DNA of 64,000 nucleotides from Macrostomum lignano (Eukaryota): NCBI GenBank assembly GCA_002269645.1, contig NIVC01000108.1, positions 62,001 to 126,000 of the forward strand, read 5' to 3'. Shown piece by piece: positions 62,655 to 64,000 of this stretch (position 1 is its first letter; each line of letters starts with the position of its first letter). The notes under the pieces were generated by a model. It saw only the letters and a program-made list of their open reading frames with translations, ran no database searches and was not told where the DNA came from. The position numbers and the translations under genes were made by a program.

Positions 62655-64000
62655 TAGACACTTCACAAACTGGACACTTCACAAACTGCATGGACACTTC
62701 ACAAACTGCATGGACACTTCACAAACTGCATGGACACTTCACAAACTGCATGGACACTTCACAAACTGCATGGACACTTCACAAACTGCATGGACACTTC
62801 ACAAACTGCATGGACACTTCACAAACTGCATGGACACTTCACAAACTGCATGGACACTTCACAAACTGCATGGACACTTCACAAACTGCATGGACACTTC
62901 ACAAACTGCATGGACACTTCACAAACTGCATGGACACTTCACAAACTGCATGAACACTTCACAAACTGCATGGACACTTCACAAACTGCATGGACACTTC
63001 ACAAACTGCATGGACACTTCACAGACTGGACACTTCACAAACTGGACACTTCACAAACTGCATGGACACTTCACAAACTGGACACTTCACAAACTGCATA
63101 GACACTTCACAAACTGCATGGACACTTCACAGACTGCATGGACACTTCACAAACTGGACACTTCACAAACTGCATGGACACTTCACAAACTGCATGGACA
63201 CTTCACAAACTGCATTGACACTTCACAGACTGCATGGACACTTCACAAACTGCATGGACACTTCACAGACTGCATTGACACTTCACAAACTGCATGGACA
63301 CTTCACAAACTGCATTGACACTTCACAAACTGCATGGACACTTCACAAACTGCATGGACACTTCACAAACTGCATGGACACTTCACATACTGCATGGACA
63401 CTTCACAAAATGCATGGACACTTCACAGACTGGACCCACTTCACAGACTGGACCCACTTCACAGACTGGACCCACTTCACAAACTGCATAGACACTTCAC
63501 AAACTGGACACTTCACAGAATGGACAATTCACAAACTGGACACTTCACAAACTGGACACTTCACAGAATGGACAATTCACAAACTGGACACTTCACAGAA
63601 TGGACACTTCACAAACTGCATGGACACTTCACAAACTGGACACTTCACATACTGCATGGACACTTCACATACTGCATGGACACTTCACAAACTGCATGGA
63701 CACTTCACAAACTGGACACTTCACAGACTGGACACTTCACATACTGCATGGACACTTCACAAACTGGACACTTCACATACTGCATGGACACTTCACATAC
63801 TGCATGGACACTTCACATACTGCATGGACACTTCACATACTGCATGGACACTTCACAAACTGGACACTTCACAGACTGGACCCACTTCACAAACTGCATA
63901 GACACTTCACAAACTGGACACTTCACAGACTGCATGGACAATTCACAAACTGGACACTTCACAAACTGGACACTTCACAGAATGGACACTTCACAAACTG
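62655..64000. repeat. 20-bp minisatellite (TGGACACTTCACAAACTGCA)n with 15-bp variants; runs off the window
   Basis: Tandem copies. Confidence 0.97.

Overview
Eukaryotic (animal) genomic DNA with GC-rich exons and GT-AG introns. Nearly every intron and intergenic gap holds its own private minisatellite. This style resembles the free-living flatworm Macrostomum, but that is an inference. Most long ORFs in the supplied track are repeat artefacts. Manual splicing recovers these conserved genes: GNPNAT1, DTD2, an RDH12/13-like SDR, PALS1/stardust plus a tandem L27-less MAGUK paralog, a SUMO-like-domain protein, an SLC10-family transporter, and TRAPPC13 (with a 1-nt frameshift). The most notable signal is a set of tiny two-exon secreted-peptide genes that the ORF track largely misses. 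Three are inhibitor-cystine-knot (conotoxin-like) genes sharing C-x3-G-x2-C-x4-Q-CC-S-x2-C-x11-14-C and a phase-1 GTGAGTC intron, two of them head-to-head around a palindrome. Two more look like prohormone-type precursors. GNPNAT1 and DTD2 begin at phase-0 acceptors lacking only Met, consistent with an SL-trans-spliced operon that uses the leader AUG. Also present: a tRNA-headed SINE, a TTAA-flanked long-TIR element and CpG-free AT-rich tracts. All exon models were read by eye.
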